From assembly GCA_944324915.1 (NCBI GenBank), contig CALUYD010000003.1:124971-188970 (forward strand): a stretch of 64,000 nt of DNA, read 5' to 3'. Below, in pieces: positions 38,031 to 47,058 of this stretch; the first letter of the stretch is position 1; each line of letters opens with the position of its first letter. Made by a program: the position numbers and the translations under genes. The notes under the pieces are model-generated. The model did not search any database. It was not told the origin of the DNA and saw only the letters and a program-made list of their open reading frames with translations. Source of the stretch: Candidatus Gastranaerophilales bacterium. GTDB taxonomy: Bacteria > Cyanobacteriota > Vampirovibrionia > Gastranaerophilales > Gastranaerophilaceae.

Positions 38031-38951
38031 GTGGAAGTTTTTCAAGAAATAAATGAAAATAAAAATATAGCTATTGCCCTTGGATATTTTGACGGCATAC
38101 ATATTGGTCACAAAAAAATCATAACAACATTGGTTCAACAAGCAAGATTAAAAAAAATAAAAACTGCTGTTGTAACTTTTGACAAAAATCCTGCCGATTA
38201 TTTTAATGAAGAACCCACTTTAAACATTCAAACTTTTAAAGACAGGCAATTAATATTAAATTCTCTTGGTGTTGATTATTTATATGAATTAAATTTTGAA
38301 AAATATAAAGATTTATCAGCAACAGAATATTTAAGAGATGTTTTAGTTAAAAATTTTGAACCAAAAATCATAGTAGTAGGGTACAATCACACATTCGGAA
38401 AAGAAAAAAGCGGAAATGTACAATTATTAAAAGAATATGCAACTAATTACAACTACAAATGTATCGTAATACCTGAGCAAAAATATAAAAACAAAGAAGA
38501 AGTAAGCTCAACTCAAATAAGAAAAAGAATTCAATATGGTCACCTAAATGCAATAAGGGCTTTATTAGGAAGATATTTTTCTGTTAGAAATTCTGTTATT
38601 AAAGGCGATAAAATAGCAAGAACACTTGGTTATCCTACCGCAAATTTAATTTGGCCCAATAGCACCGTAAAATTACCGTATGGGGTCTATTTCGGATATG
38701 CGCAATTTGATGCAAGAATGATACCTGCGCTAATTTCTTGGGGGACAAAACCCACGCTCACAGATGGAAACAATGAGGTTTTAGAAGCTCATTTATACGA
38801 ATTTAATGAAAATCTATACGGAAGAATAATAAAAGTTATTTTTGTTAAAAAATTAAGAGATCAAGAAAACTTTGGCAACATAAGAGTTCTTGCAACGCAA
38901 TTACAAAAAGATTATTCAGCATTTCAAAAATGGGCAAGAATAGTTAAATAA
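38031..38951 (+). CDS. ribF: Bifunctional riboflavin kinase / FMN adenylyltransferase
   Basis: ALGYFDGIHIGHKKII...GYNHTFG...GYPTANL...EAHL. GTG start 1 nt after the rel stop. Confidence 0.9.
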   Translation: MEVFQEINENKNIAIALGYFDGIHIGHKKIITTLVQQARLKKIKTAVVTFDKNPADYFNEEPTLNIQTFKDRQLILNSLGVDYLYELNFEKYKDLSATEYLRDVLVKNFEPKIIVVGYNHTFGKEKSGNVQLLKEYATNYNYKCIVIPEQKYKNKEEVSSTQIRKRIQYGHLNAIRALLGRYFSVRNSVIKGDKIARTLGYPTANLIWPNSTVKLPYGVYFGYAQFDARMIPALISWGTKPTLTDGNNEVLEAHLYEFNENLYGRIIKVIFVKKLRDQENFGNIRVLATQLQKDYSAFQKWARIVK

Positions 38952-39251
38952 AAAACGCCAAAGCTAAAGCTATTACAGCATAATAAAATAACATTACAAA
39001 TAATAATTTTTTCACACCAATCATAAAAAGATATTAGTTTAAAAACAAAGATAATAAATTAGCCTAAAAGGGAATGTTAATTTTTATTTAATATATACCA
39101 CTTGCGACTTTTATATAATTAAGTTTTGTGTTAGGATAACACCTGCAATTAAATTGTATTGTAAATTTTTTGAAAAAACCGGTTACAAAATAGCAAAAAA
39201 TAAAAATTTCTTGTTTTTATTTATTTGTGTTTGTGTGAGGAAAGACAATAA

Positions 39252-40256
39252 ATGAGATTAACTGCCGTAAGCAACGACACTGTAAAGCAAAATAGAGCAA
39301 ATAAAAATAACAACAACAAAATAAACAACAATATGCATTTTAAAGGATTTGCAGATTGCGCTGTTGTTATGTGGAATGTTATCGATAAAGGCGGAAGAGC
39401 GCTACAATTCACCGTTGAAGATATGCTTGGAACGAATTTTCCAAGAACATATAAAGGCGCAATGTCAGGCTACAAATACACAGGTAAAGTAAACATTCCG
39501 TCATTATTACAAGAAGCTATTAGAGAATTTTTAACAGGTCCGATTATGTCTGTTTCTCCTTTTGTAATTTTAGCAATAGCAACTGCACTTGGTGGAAAAT
39601 CCGCAAATACCCACGTTAAAAATATCGAAAATCTTTCATATTTAATGCAAAACATAAACATGGAAGATGCTAGTGATGCAAGTGCTTTTAAAAATAATTA
39701 CTTCAAAAAAATAATTACGGATATGTTAGAAAAAACACTTGATACAAAAGAAGTACAAGATGATGACATAAAAGAATTATTTGATGGAATCAAAAATTAC
39801 GATAATATTATTTCAACAACATCAAAAGAAACTAAAAAACGAAGCAAGCAACAAGCAAAAGAAGCACTTAATAGCTTACAAAATTCTTTTGAAAACATTA
39901 TTAAAAGAAGCAGAAGTACATTCAGCGGAACAGATTTTCAAACAGCAGTATTTTCGCTATCCGAAAACAAGACAGCAACTACAAACTTTGAAAATTATGT
40001 TCAATACGCCTCAGCTTTTGCTAATGATTACATAAAACAAAATAAAACCGAAGAAGGAATAAATTTAGCGCAAGAAACTATTCAAGCATTTAAGAAAAAT
40101 TGGATAGGTAAACGCATACTTACAATTATATCAATGATTGCATTAACAGGTGTCATTATGTCAATTATTCCAAAATTGTACACATTAGCATCAGGAAAGA
40201 AAAATCCTGACACCAAAGTATTTACAGATGTAGCAAAAGAAAAGGGGGTTAAATAA
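39252..40256 (+). CDS. Hypothetical membrane protein, lineage-specific family member
   Basis: SD GAGGAAAG. LQEAIREFLTGPIMSVSPFVILAIATAL and C-terminal anchor ILTIISMIALTGVIMSIIPKLYTL, comparable with 24849-26141. Confidence 0.65.
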   Translation: MRLTAVSNDTVKQNRANKNNNNKINNNMHFKGFADCAVVMWNVIDKGGRALQFTVEDMLGTNFPRTYKGAMSGYKYTGKVNIPSLLQEAIREFLTGPIMSVSPFVILAIATALGGKSANTHVKNIENLSYLMQNINMEDASDASAFKNNYFKKIITDMLEKTLDTKEVQDDDIKELFDGIKNYDNIISTTSKETKKRSKQQAKEALNSLQNSFENIIKRSRSTFSGTDFQTAVFSLSENKTATTNFENYVQYASAFANDYIKQNKTEEGINLAQETIQAFKKNWIGKRILTIISMIALTGVIMSIIPKLYTLASGKKNPDTKVFTDVAKEKGVK

Positions 40257-41380
40257 TGAACGTATCTAAAATAACCTCATCTTTAACACCAATAAAAAAT
40301 ACTCTTGGTAAAGGAGTAAATAAAGTTGCAGACAAAATAGGCAACTTTGTTGATAAAAGCGACATAGCAAAAAAAGCAGTAAATATATTTGAACCAAACG
40401 GCGGAGATAATTCATTTTTTGGTCTTGCAAGCATAATGGTTTTTGCTGTTTTAATTCCAAGGGTGATAACAGCTCTAAGAAGAAATCCTGAAGATAAGGA
40501 AGCTACAAAAGATGAAATTACAGGTATCTTATTTAGAGATGTAACCACAATTTTAACTATGCTTTTTGCTCTTAAAACAATGAACTCTGTTGTAAGTAAT
40601 ATTGGTACAAAAATGACAGGTATTCCAATGGTTAATAAACCATTTGAAAAATTGTTTAATGATAATATAAAAGGATTCACAGATAAAGCAAAAGATATTT
40701 TTGAACATCCGCTTGATAAAGCTAAAAAAATCGTTAAAAATATCGCCTTAGCGCTAAACCCAATAGGCGGCAGCGTATCATTAAGCGGTGATGAAATAAA
40801 CAGAAGATTTACTAATCTAAAAGACGTATCACAAGTTCAAAAACTTTTAGAAGATGTTCCAAATCATGGTGGAAACTCAGAAAAAGTATTCACTAAAATG
40901 AAAAATGGAATTATAAGCTCCATACAAGCAACTATAGAAAAAACAAAACAAGAAAATATGCCAATAAATAACAAATTCACTGAAGATGTTGAAGAAAACT
41001 TAAGAAGAAACGAAAGTGCTCTTAAATATTTTAAAAATCTAACTTATGAAAAATTTATGGGAATTGATACAACATCAATGTCAACTGATAAAAACCCTTC
41101 TTTTGATATAAACCATGTAATTAAAGAATTCTTTAAAGATGAAAAAAATCCTATCGCACTTAGCGCAAAACGAGTAAATGCTTGGTTAAGAACAACAGCG
41201 CTTGCAATTGAAGTATTCTTCCTTGGCTTTGGCTTACCAACATTGAACCAAAAAAGATTAGAAAAGAAATATCTAAGCGAAAAACCCGTAGGTGAAGAAC
41301 GCGGAAAAAATTTCACACCAAGCAATGATAGACAAGTAAAAGCTCAAGAAATAAAACTTTTCAGCAGTTTTATGAAATAA
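40256..41380 (+). CDS. Hypothetical membrane protein, lineage-specific family member, translationally coupled to the preceding gene
   Basis: TAATG overlap; SD AGGGGG. Hydrophobic segments FFGLASIMVFAVLIP and TALAIEVFFLGFGLPTL. Confidence 0.65.
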   Translation: MNVSKITSSLTPIKNTLGKGVNKVADKIGNFVDKSDIAKKAVNIFEPNGGDNSFFGLASIMVFAVLIPRVITALRRNPEDKEATKDEITGILFRDVTTILTMLFALKTMNSVVSNIGTKMTGIPMVNKPFEKLFNDNIKGFTDKAKDIFEHPLDKAKKIVKNIALALNPIGGSVSLSGDEINRRFTNLKDVSQVQKLLEDVPNHGGNSEKVFTKMKNGIISSIQATIEKTKQENMPINNKFTEDVEENLRRNESALKYFKNLTYEKFMGIDTTSMSTDKNPSFDINHVIKEFFKDEKNPIALSAKRVNAWLRTTALAIEVFFLGFGLPTLNQKRLEKKYLSEKPVGEERGKNFTPSNDRQVKAQEIKLFSSFMK

Positions 41381-41403
41381 AAACTTAATATATTTGTAAT
41401 AAA

Positions 41404-41444
41404 AACTCCAATCGTATAAAATTAAAAAAGATTGGAGTTTTTTT
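41404..41444 (+). terminator. Intrinsic terminator abutting the dedA start codon
   Basis: aactccaat(41404-41412)/attggagtt(41431-41439) followed by a T-run ending at 41444. ATG is at 41445. Confidence 0.7.
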
Positions 41445-42065
41445 ATGATAAATGAAATATTAACATCACTTATAAATTGGATTGAATCGGTAATAACACA
41501 CCTTGGTCCTTGGGGAGTAGCGCTTTTAATGGCGATAGAATCCTGCAATATTCCATTGCCTTCAGAAGCAATATTGCCATTTGCGGGTTATTTAGTAACA
41601 AAAGGGGTATTCTCGATTCACACTGCAGCAATTTTTGGTGCTATCGGTTGTGTTTTAGGTTCAATTCCTTCATATTATCTTGGATACTTTGGCGGAAGAA
41701 AGTTCATAGAAAAATACGGAAAATATTTTTTAATTTCTAAACATGATCTTGAAATAGCTGATAAATGGGTAGATAAATACGGAGATTGGTCATTTTTTAT
41801 ATGTAGAATGTTGCCTGTTGTAAGAACTTTCATCTCGCTTCCGGCGGGAATTTTAAGAGCAAGAAAAAGAACATTTTTTACGTTCACATTTATTGGTTCA
41901 TTAGTTTGGAGCTATGTCCTTGTTTGGGTTGGAGTTAAAGTAGGTGAAAATACGGAAGCTCTAAAACATATTTGGCACAAATTTGATGCTGTAATTATTA
42001 TTATTTGTTTAATTTTAGGAATTATTTATATTTATCACCACATAAAAAATCTAAAAAATTCCTAA
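41445..42065 (+). CDS. dedA: DedA-family membrane protein
   Basis: GPWGVALLMAIESCNIPLPSEAILPFAGYL...RMLPVVRTFISLPAG. Confidence 0.85.
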   Translation: MINEILTSLINWIESVITHLGPWGVALLMAIESCNIPLPSEAILPFAGYLVTKGVFSIHTAAIFGAIGCVLGSIPSYYLGYFGGRKFIEKYGKYFLISKHDLEIADKWVDKYGDWSFFICRMLPVVRTFISLPAGILRARKRTFFTFTFIGSLVWSYVLVWVGVKVGENTEALKHIWHKFDAVIIIICLILGIIYIYHHIKNLKNS

Positions 42066-42067
42066 AA

Positions 42068-43396
42068 TTATTCGCTCCATTGTTCTTCTAATTCTTCTAA
42101 ACTCAAACCTTTAGTTTCAGGAACTACAAAGCGAACAAAAAATATCGAAATCACGCAAATTAATGCAAAAATCAAAAACGTAACACTGCCTCCAAGTCTA
42201 TTTAATGATATTGGAAACAATCCTGTTACTATAAAATTAAAAAGAAAATTAGATATAATAGCAATACTCATAGCGCTGCCCCTATATCTTAGAGGGAACA
42301 CTTCAGAAATCAACAATAATCCAATAGGTCCTAATGACATTGAAAAAGAAACTATATAAACAGCACAAAAAATAACAGCTAAATATTTAGCACAATCACA
42401 ATTAACAACAAAAACACCTGATAAAACCAAAAGACTCAAAAGCATTCCTGATAAACCAATATATAACAATGGCTTTCTTCCTAATTTATCAACAAAAGCA
42501 AATGCCACAAAAGTCATCAAGAAATTAATTAAACCAATAAAAATAGTTATAAATAAAGCATCTTGGTTTGATGAAAAATTAAGCATTTTAAATATAGTTG
42601 GCGCATAATAAATTATTGCATTTATACCTGTTGCAATTTGAACAAACATAATACCTATACCAATTACAAAAGGCATGATTATTTTTTTACTTAATTTAAT
42701 TTTTTCATCTTGATTTAGGGTATTTTTAATATTTTCAATTTCTTCATCTAAATCGATTTTTGAATCAATTTTTTTTAGAATATTTTTTGCTTTTTCAAAT
42801 TTTCCTTTTAAAACATACCATCTTGGAGTATCTGATTGAAAAATCATACCCAAAAATAAAATTATAGCAGGTATTGCGCCCATAAAAAGCATAGCTCTCC
42901 AAGTATATTCAACATGGGCACAAATATAATTAATTAAATAAGAAAGCAAAATACCAAAAGTAAGAGCTATTTGATAAAAAGAAACGATGCTTCCTCTTTT
43001 TTCTCTGGATGAAATCTCGCTTAAATATAATGGTCCTGCGAAACTTACAATACCAACAGCACAACCCACAAAAGTTCTTGATAATATTAATTCAATAACA
43101 TTTTGAGAAATTGAACAAAATATTGAACCCACTATAAAAATTACAGCGCTTAACAATAAAATATTTTTTCTTCCTAATTTATCAACAAGCCTGCCATTAA
43201 TTAACGCACCAATAATAGCACCTATTGAAACAGAACTCACCAATAACCCTGATAGTTCCGGTGTTATTTCAAAACTTTGTTTAATATATAACATAGCACC
43301 GGATATAACACCTGTATCAAATCCGGATAAAAGTCCGCTTAAAGAAGCGAAGAAAACTGCAATATATAAAAAATTAATTCTGTTCATATATAACAT
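42068..43396 (-). CDS. MFS sugar porter family transporter
   Basis: GRLVDKLGRKN, PRWYV, PETKGLSLEELEE; 12 predicted hydrophobic segments. Confidence 0.85.
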   Translation of the reverse strand: MLYMNRINFLYIAVFFASLSGLLSGFDTGVISGAMLYIKQSFEITPELSGLLVSSVSIGAIIGALINGRLVDKLGRKNILLLSAVIFIVGSIFCSISQNVIELILSRTFVGCAVGIVSFAGPLYLSEISSREKRGSIVSFYQIALTFGILLSYLINYICAHVEYTWRAMLFMGAIPAIILFLGMIFQSDTPRWYVLKGKFEKAKNILKKIDSKIDLDEEIENIKNTLNQDEKIKLSKKIIMPFVIGIGIMFVQIATGINAIIYYAPTIFKMLNFSSNQDALFITIFIGLINFLMTFVAFAFVDKLGRKPLLYIGLSGMLLSLLVLSGVFVVNCDCAKYLAVIFCAVYIVSFSMSLGPIGLLLISEVFPLRYRGSAMSIAIISNFLFNFIVTGLFPISLNRLGGSVTFLIFALICVISIFFVRFVVPETKGLSLEELEEQWSE

Positions 43397-43489
43397 TATA
43401 ACAAATTTTAGAAAAAATTAGTTAATACACTTTTCTTATTTTTGTGCGACAATAGGATAAAGATAATTTAAGTCATGGAGAGCTCTAGT

Positions 43490-43699
43490 ATGTCACATAT
43501 AAAAATAGACAGCAGCAAATGTAAGTCTTGCTATTTGTGTGTCGATGTATGTCCTAAAAAATTAATAAAAAAGAGCGAAACAATAGGCAAAACAGGGAAT
43601 TGTGTTGTTGAATTTGATGATAAAAATTCTCAATGCATAGGTTGTGCTCAGTGCGCAATGGTTTGTCCTGATATGGCAATAGTGGAAGTTTACAGGTAA
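43490..43699 (+). CDS. 2-oxoacid:ferredoxin oxidoreductase delta subunit (2x[4Fe-4S] ferredoxin)
   Basis: CKSCYLCVDVCP and CIGCAQCAMVCP. The ATG at 43490 follows GGAG; the alternative ATG at 43475 is the one used in the track. Confidence 0.8.
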   Translation: MSHIKIDSSKCKSCYLCVDVCPKKLIKKSETIGKTGNCVVEFDDKNSQCIGCAQCAMVCPDMAIVEVYR

Positions 43700-44772
43700 T
43701 GAGCGAAAAAGTATTATTAAAAGGAAATATTGCGATAGCCAAAGCTGCGCTAAATTGCGGATGTAGTTGTTATTTTGGCTATCCGATAACCCCGCAAACA
43801 GAAATTGGCGAATACCTAAGTGCTAAAATGCAAGAAAAAAAACTTGCATACGTTTGTGCGGAATCAGAAGTTGCAGCAATAAATATGGCTCTTGGAGCAT
43901 CCAGCACAGGTGCTAAAGTTATGACTTCAAGCTCATCTTGCGCAGTAGCACTTATGCAAGAAGCACTTTCTTATGCAGCAAGCGATGAACTTCCTATTGT
44001 ACTAGTAAACGTTATGAGAGCAGGCCCGGGACAAGGTTATATTTTCCCTTCTCAAGGAGATTACAACCAAGCAACAGTTGGCGGTGGAAACGGCGATTAT
44101 AAAACAATAGTGCTTTCACCATCAAGCGTTCAAGAATGCGCTGATATGACTTATAAAGTCTTTTATTTGGCACAAAAATACAGAAATCCTGTTATTCTTC
44201 TGGTAGACGGTTTATTAGGACAAATGGCAGAGCCTATAACAATTAAAGATAATCCATATCCAAATATAGATAATTCCTCTTGGATATTAAACGGCGCTAA
44301 AAATAGAGCTTCAAGAAAAATCCATTCGCTTGAGCCAAATCCTTCAATACTTGAAGAACGCACTCTTAAACTTCATCAAAAATACCTTGAAATAGAAAAA
44401 AATGAAGTTGATTGGGAAGAATATAATTGCGAAAATGCTGATTATATTATTACCGCTTTTGGCTCAATGGCTAGAATAGCAAAAAGCGTAGCAGATTATT
44501 ATAAAACAAAAGGACTTAATTTTGGTGTATTTAGACCAAAAACTCTATATCCATTCCCATACGACAGACTAAGAGAACTATCCAAAAAGACTAAAATCTT
44601 TTTCGATGTCGAAATGAATTTAGGACAAATGCACAAAGATGTTTGTCAGGCAGTATCTCAAAATTCACAAATTTTCTTTATAGGAAAACCCGCAGGCGAA
44701 TGGCTTAAACAAGATGAAATCATTAAAGCAATAGATAATATTTTCGAGGGGCAATATGCAACAAGTATTTAG
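43699..44772 (+). CDS. 2-oxoacid:ferredoxin oxidoreductase alpha subunit
   Basis: GNIAIAKAALNCGCSCYFGYPITPQTEI...; TAATG coupling to the delta subunit. Confidence 0.88.
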   Translation: MSEKVLLKGNIAIAKAALNCGCSCYFGYPITPQTEIGEYLSAKMQEKKLAYVCAESEVAAINMALGASSTGAKVMTSSSSCAVALMQEALSYAASDELPIVLVNVMRAGPGQGYIFPSQGDYNQATVGGGNGDYKTIVLSPSSVQECADMTYKVFYLAQKYRNPVILLVDGLLGQMAEPITIKDNPYPNIDNSSWILNGAKNRASRKIHSLEPNPSILEERTLKLHQKYLEIEKNEVDWEEYNCENADYIITAFGSMARIAKSVADYYKTKGLNFGVFRPKTLYPFPYDRLRELSKKTKIFFDVEMNLGQMHKDVCQAVSQNSQIFFIGKPAGEWLKQDEIIKAIDNIFEGQYATSI

Positions 44773-45514
44773 CATTCCAAAATCAATAAAACAAAATTCT
44801 ACTTTTACATTCTGCCCCGGTTGCGATCATGGGGTTGCAGTTAAACTTATAGCACAAATAATTGATGAGCTTAATATTCAAGAAGACACCATTGCAGTAG
44901 CATCATCAGGATGTTCTGTTTTATTATACAATTTTTTGGATGTAGATTGTATTGAATCGCCCCACGGCAGAGCTTGCGCTGTTGCAACAGGAATAAAAAG
45001 AGCGCATAAAGCTCAAGGGAATAATAAATTTGTATTCACATATCAAGGAGATGGCGATTTTGCATCCATTGGCTTAGCTGAATCATTGCATAGCGCCCTA
45101 AGAGGCGAAAACATTACTGCAATTTGTATAAACAATACAAACTACGGTATGACAGGCGGACAATTAGGGCCTACAACTGCTATGGGACAAATTACAACAA
45201 CAAGCCAAAGCGGAAGAAACAAGGAATACCACGGTTTTCCAATTAAAACAGCAGAGCACATTGCATTGTGCGATGGAACAAGTTTTTCAGCTCGTGTTGC
45301 TTTATATGATGTTAAAAATATAGTAAATGCAAAAAAACAAATTAAAAAAGCGTTTGAATATCAAAAAAAAGGTTTAGGCTTCAGCTTTGTTGAGATTTTA
45401 TCAACATGTCCAACCAATTGGAAATTATCACCTCAAGAAGCACATAAAAAAATTGAAGATGAACTCACAAAAATTTATCCTCTTAAAGTATTTAAGGATG
45501 TAGAAAATGATTAA
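44756..45514 (+). CDS. 2-oxoacid:ferredoxin oxidoreductase beta (TPP-binding) subunit
   Basis: FCPGCDHG...GDGDFASIG...NNTNYGMTGGQ. Confidence 0.88.
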   Translation: MQQVFSIPKSIKQNSTFTFCPGCDHGVAVKLIAQIIDELNIQEDTIAVASSGCSVLLYNFLDVDCIESPHGRACAVATGIKRAHKAQGNNKFVFTYQGDGDFASIGLAESLHSALRGENITAICINNTNYGMTGGQLGPTTAMGQITTTSQSGRNKEYHGFPIKTAEHIALCDGTSFSARVALYDVKNIVNAKKQIKKAFEYQKKGLGFSFVEILSTCPTNWKLSPQEAHKKIEDELTKIYPLKVFKDVEND

Positions 45515-46037
45515 AAACTTTATTATTTCAGGCTCAGGCGGTCAAGGCGTATTATCAATAGGTTCAATTTTAGCAAATATATTTATGTTAGATGATTTAT
45601 TTGTAACATATTGCACTTGCTACGGCGCTGAAATGAGAGGCGGAGCTGTTAATTGCGAAATAAATATGTCAGATAAAGAAATTAACACTCTACAAAATGA
45701 AAAAGTTGATTTTGTTATTGCGCTAAATCAAGCTTCTTTTGATAAATTCATTTCAAAAGTTAAAGAAAACGGAACAATGATAGTAAACTCATCACTTGCA
45801 AAAATAGTCAAACCAAGAGATGATATTAAATATATATTTATACCTTTTAGCGAAGAAGCTACAAAATTAGGCGACATAAGAATGACAAATTCAATAGCAC
45901 TTGGCGTATTGTCAAAAATTTTAGGTAATTTTAAACTTGAAAATGTCAAAAAAGGCTATGAAAAAGTATTATCCAGCAAAACAGAATTAATACAAAAAAA
46001 CATTGATGCCTATCTATTAGGCCACAACTTAAAATAG
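45507..46037 (+). CDS. 2-oxoacid:ferredoxin oxidoreductase gamma subunit
   Basis: IISGSGGQGVLSIGSILA...YGAEMRGG. Confidence 0.85.
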   Translation: MIKNFIISGSGGQGVLSIGSILANIFMLDDLFVTYCTCYGAEMRGGAVNCEINMSDKEINTLQNEKVDFVIALNQASFDKFISKVKENGTMIVNSSLAKIVKPRDDIKYIFIPFSEEATKLGDIRMTNSIALGVLSKILGNFKLENVKKGYEKVLSSKTELIQKNIDAYLLGHNLK

Positions 46038-46047
46038 GAGAATAGAA

Positions 46048-47043
46048 TTGAGTACAGGAACAAAAATAATTGCAATTGATTGCGAAGTTGCAAAAAATAT
46101 AATCACAAATGATGATTTGACAAAAATACTAGATACTTCTGACGAATGGATTTCCACAAGAACAGGTATCAAAAAAAGAAGAGTTTTATCAGGAGACGAA
46201 ACATCAGCTGATTTAGCAATAAGAGCAGCAAAAAAAGTTATCAAAAGAGCAAACTATAAAGGTGATGAATTTGATATGATTATAGCTGCTTCCTCTGCTC
46301 CAGAAGAAATATATCCTTCTGTTGCTTGCAGAGTTCAAGCAGAAATCGGTGCCAAAAAAGCCGCTTGCTTTGATGTTAAAGCAGCATGTGCAGGTTTTAT
46401 TTATGCACTTAGCACTGCTCAAGCATTTATTAAATCTGGCTTATACAAAAATATCTTAATTGTTGCAACTGACGCCACAACAAAATTCACAGATTGGGAA
46501 GACCGCTCTGTTTGTGTATTATTTGGTGATGGCGCAGGTTCTGCCATTGTAAGAGCTGATGAAAACAATGATGATATTATAGGTATAAACTTATTATCAG
46601 ACGGTACTTGCGGAGATTACATAACCCTTACAACACAAGGCAAAAATTGTCCGTTGGTTGAAGGAATTCAAAATGAAGTTAAGCCATTTATTCAAATGAA
46701 AGGCAAAGATGTATACAAATTTGTTATGCAAGAAATTCCGCCAAAACTAGAAGAATTAATGGATACAACTAACAAAAAAGTTGAAGATATAGATTATTTT
46801 ATTCCTCATCAATCAAATCAAAGAATGATTGATGCACTAGCTCAAAGATTGGAAATTGAAGAATCTAAAGTAATATCAAACATTGAACATTACGGCAATA
46901 TGTCAGCAGCTTCAATTCCTGTTGCAATAAGAGAAGCAATAGATAATAAAGAAATGAAGCTACCTGCAATTGCTATGCTTAGCGCCTTTGGTGCAGGTAT
47001 GACAGCAGGAAACGCAATAATAAAACTTGATGAAAATGTATAA
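46048..47043 (+). CDS. fabH: 3-oxoacyl-ACP synthase III
   Basis: SDEWISTRTGIKKRR...AACAGFIYAL...HQSNQRMI...GNMSAASIP...GAGMT. TTG start 10 nt after the OFOR gamma subunit. Confidence 0.9.
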   Translation: MSTGTKIIAIDCEVAKNIITNDDLTKILDTSDEWISTRTGIKKRRVLSGDETSADLAIRAAKKVIKRANYKGDEFDMIIAASSAPEEIYPSVACRVQAEIGAKKAACFDVKAACAGFIYALSTAQAFIKSGLYKNILIVATDATTKFTDWEDRSVCVLFGDGAGSAIVRADENNDDIIGINLLSDGTCGDYITLTTQGKNCPLVEGIQNEVKPFIQMKGKDVYKFVMQEIPPKLEELMDTTNKKVEDIDYFIPHQSNQRMIDALAQRLEIEESKVISNIEHYGNMSAASIPVAIREAIDNKEMKLPAIAMLSAFGAGMTAGNAIIKLDENV

Positions 47044-47058
47044 CAAATAGGAGGAAAT

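Noticed and set aside
38944-39024. Minus-strand micro-ORF (MIGVKKLLFVMLFYYAVIALALAFFI) overlapping the ribF stop
   Set aside because: It has no SD or terminator support. Hydrophobic micro-ORFs arise easily in AT-rich DNA.
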